NCBI GenBank assembly: GCA_046045965.1 | Contig: JBJOKS010000019.1 | Coordinates: 51,361-115,360 of the forward strand | Length of the DNA: 64,000 bases | Reading direction: 5' to 3' | Source of the DNA: Cyanobacteriota bacterium | GTDB taxonomy: Bacteria; Cyanobacteriota; Cyanobacteriia; Cyanobacteriales; Nostocaceae | Program-made: the position numbers and the translations under genes | Notes under the pieces: model-generated | Database searches by the model: none | Seen by the model: only the letters and a program-made list of their open reading frames with translations | Told to the model about the DNA's origin: nothing | Part shown: positions 62,240 to 64,000 of the stretch, in pieces | Numbering within the stretch: the stretch's first letter is position 1 | How the letters are laid out: every line of letters starts with the position of its first letter

Positions 62240-63124
62240 ATGTTGAAATTTCAACCTCCTGGTTTTGGTCAAAAAATTGTTAAGACTTCTTTGGGTTCAA
62301 TGGTTTATTATACCCAAATTAGTGAACCTTGGGATATTTCTGAACTTGAAAAATTACCACCTTTGTTATTTTTACATAATTTTGGGGGTGGTGCATCTGC
62401 TTATGAGTGGTCTAAAGTTTATCCAGCTTTTGCAAATGAATACCGCATTTTAGCACCTGATTTAATTGGTTGGGGAGAGTCTGAACATCCGGTACGAGAT
62501 TATCAAATTCAAGATTATTTGACTACTATTAGTGAGTTTATCCAGCAAACTTGTAATCAACCTGTAACGGTGGTAGCTTCTTCTTTAACTGCTGCTTTTA
62601 CTATTCGTCTTGCTATTTCTCAACCGGAAATATTTAAAGAATTGTATTTAGTTTCTCCTTCTGGTTTTGATGATTTTGGCCAAGGTGCGGGAAGGAGATT
62701 ACCGCTTTCGGTGATTAATATACCTTTTTTGGATAATTTAATTTATGGTTTGGGTGCGGAAAATGAAATTGCTGTTAGTAATTTTTTACAAAGCTTTCTT
62801 TTTGCTAAGTCTGAAAGATTGACTCAAGAAATTGTGGAAGCTTATTTATATTCTGCACAAAAACCTAACGCGAAGTTTTCAGCTTTAGCATTTTTACGAG
62901 GTGATCTTTATTTTGATTTGAGTTTATATATTCAACAATTGAAAGTTTCTACTGTGTTTTTCTGGGGTGAAGAAGCACAATTTACTAATATTAATTTGGG
63001 AAGGAGATTAGCTAGTTTAAATAAAAGTGCGATTAGGGATTTTCAAACTATAGGGGATACTGGTATTTTACCACATTTGGAAACGCCTGGGGTTTTTATT
63101 GGTTTGTTATCTAAGTATTTTTAA
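62240..63124 (+). CDS. Alpha/beta-fold hydrolase-like protein
   Basis: FLHNFGGGAS, APDLIGWGES, GILPHLE; atypical elbow ASSLT. Confidence 0.82.
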   Translation: MLKFQPPGFGQKIVKTSLGSMVYYTQISEPWDISELEKLPPLLFLHNFGGGASAYEWSKVYPAFANEYRILAPDLIGWGESEHPVRDYQIQDYLTTISEFIQQTCNQPVTVVASSLTAAFTIRLAISQPEIFKELYLVSPSGFDDFGQGAGRRLPLSVINIPFLDNLIYGLGAENEIAVSNFLQSFLFAKSERLTQEIVEAYLYSAQKPNAKFSALAFLRGDLYFDLSLYIQQLKVSTVFFWGEEAQFTNINLGRRLASLNKSAIRDFQTIGDTGILPHLETPGVFIGLLSKYF

Positions 63125-63130
63125 TAATCA

Positions 63131-63608
63131 AACGCAGATGCACGCAGATTAACGCAGATAAAGAAGGATGATGGAAAGATGAATAAAACTGTCACTTATG
63201 AGGGTGGTTGTCACTGTGGAGCGGTACGTTTTCGGGTTGTGGTTGATCATCATAAAGTTGATGATTGTAATTGTTCAATTTGCTCTAAAAAGGGATTTTT
63301 ACATTTAATAGTTACTAAAGACAAATTTACTTTATTAAAAGGTGAAGATGTTTTGACAACCTATCAATTTAATACGGGTGTTGCAAAACATAAATTTTGT
63401 CAAATTTGTGGAATTCATGCTTTTTATATTCCTCGCAGTCATCCTGACTGTATTGATGTGAATGTGCGGTGTTTAGATGGGGATGTGATAGGTAATTTTG
63501 AAATTGTACCTTTTGATGGTGCAAATTGGGAGGATAATATTCACAAGTTAATTAATTGATGTTAAATTCATGCTTTTTCATCTGCGTTAATCTGCGTGCA
63601 TCTGCGTT
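63131..63608. repeat. Perfect 29-bp inverted repeat pair enclosing the GFA gene
   Basis: AACGCAGATGCACGCAGATTAACGCAGAT (63131-63159) and its exact reverse complement (63580-63608). Confidence 0.92.
63179..63559 (+). CDS. GFA / CENP-V family zinc-binding protein
   Basis: GGCHCGAVRF, CNCSICSKKG, HKFCQICG, PRSHP, VNVRCL. Confidence 0.92.
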   Translation: MNKTVTYEGGCHCGAVRFRVVVDHHKVDDCNCSICSKKGFLHLIVTKDKFTLLKGEDVLTTYQFNTGVAKHKFCQICGIHAFYIPRSHPDCIDVNVRCLDGDVIGNFEIVPFDGANWEDNIHKLIN

Positions 63609-63699
63609 GAATTTATATCCTCAATAATATTAGGGATTTAGCAGTACTAAACCCCTATATCAATTAGATAAATTGTGAATTATCTACTATTCCAAAAAC

Positions 63700-64000
63700 C
63701 TAACCTAACAATTCCAGATTAGAGAAAAGAAACTCTTGGATAGAGACATTTCCATTTGTCTCAGTGCGAATTTCTCGACGGTTGAGAATGTAATAATTCC
63801 CTACCTTTTCATATTCATCTGTAAACTCACTCCGACCACCTTTTTGAACATTGGTTTTGGGGTCATGATATACAGCATCATAGGTGTGAGATAAATATCC
63901 TTCGCTAGTTTCGTGAATGCTGAAAGTGTTAATAGTCACAACAACTCCATGAATATGACGATGAACAAGAGTAACTACATCATTACGAACTTTATATTTA
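63700..64000 (-). CDS. C-terminal part of a hypothetical protein (DUF3386-like), truncated by the window edge
   Basis: Frame is open to the window end: ...VTLVHRHIHGVVVTINT...FTDEYEKVGNYYILNRR. Confidence 0.65.
   Translation of the reverse strand, partial: KYKVRNDVVTLVHRHIHGVVVTINTFSIHETSEGYLSHTYDAVYHDPKTNVQKGGRSEFTDEYEKVGNYYILNRREIRTETNGNVSIQEFLFSNLELLG

Overview
AT-rich chromosomal window from a filamentous, probably heterocyst-forming cyanobacterium (Nostocales). The assignment rests on many HIP1 octamers (GCGATCGC), heptamer STRR arrays, the desC-desA-desB cluster and an hglK-like gene. Most of it is core genome: des genes, cvrA/bciB, cobK, trpD, carA, mini-RNase III, rlmB, proA, lipB, hpf/lrtA, obgE, ftsI and glgB. 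The strongest candidate for an uncharacterised system is a co-oriented trio at 19638-27039: a dynamin/SrfC-like P-loop GTPase, a 1132-aa Hsp70/actin-fold protein, and a 376-aa protein whose C-terminus looks GrpE-like. A second candidate is a set of 9-10-nt-periodic inverted repeats. They enclose single genes as cassettes (a decayed GxxExxY nuclease gene and an intact GFA gene) and also occur as solo or tandem copies. Other items: a 2.8-kb hotspot with three type II toxin-antitoxin pairs, a phased Pho-box candidate, a possible ATT start codon, an FtsL-like gene and several structured intergenic regions. I saw no rRNA, tRNA, CRISPR array or transposase. All calls are by eye from motifs; no database search was run.
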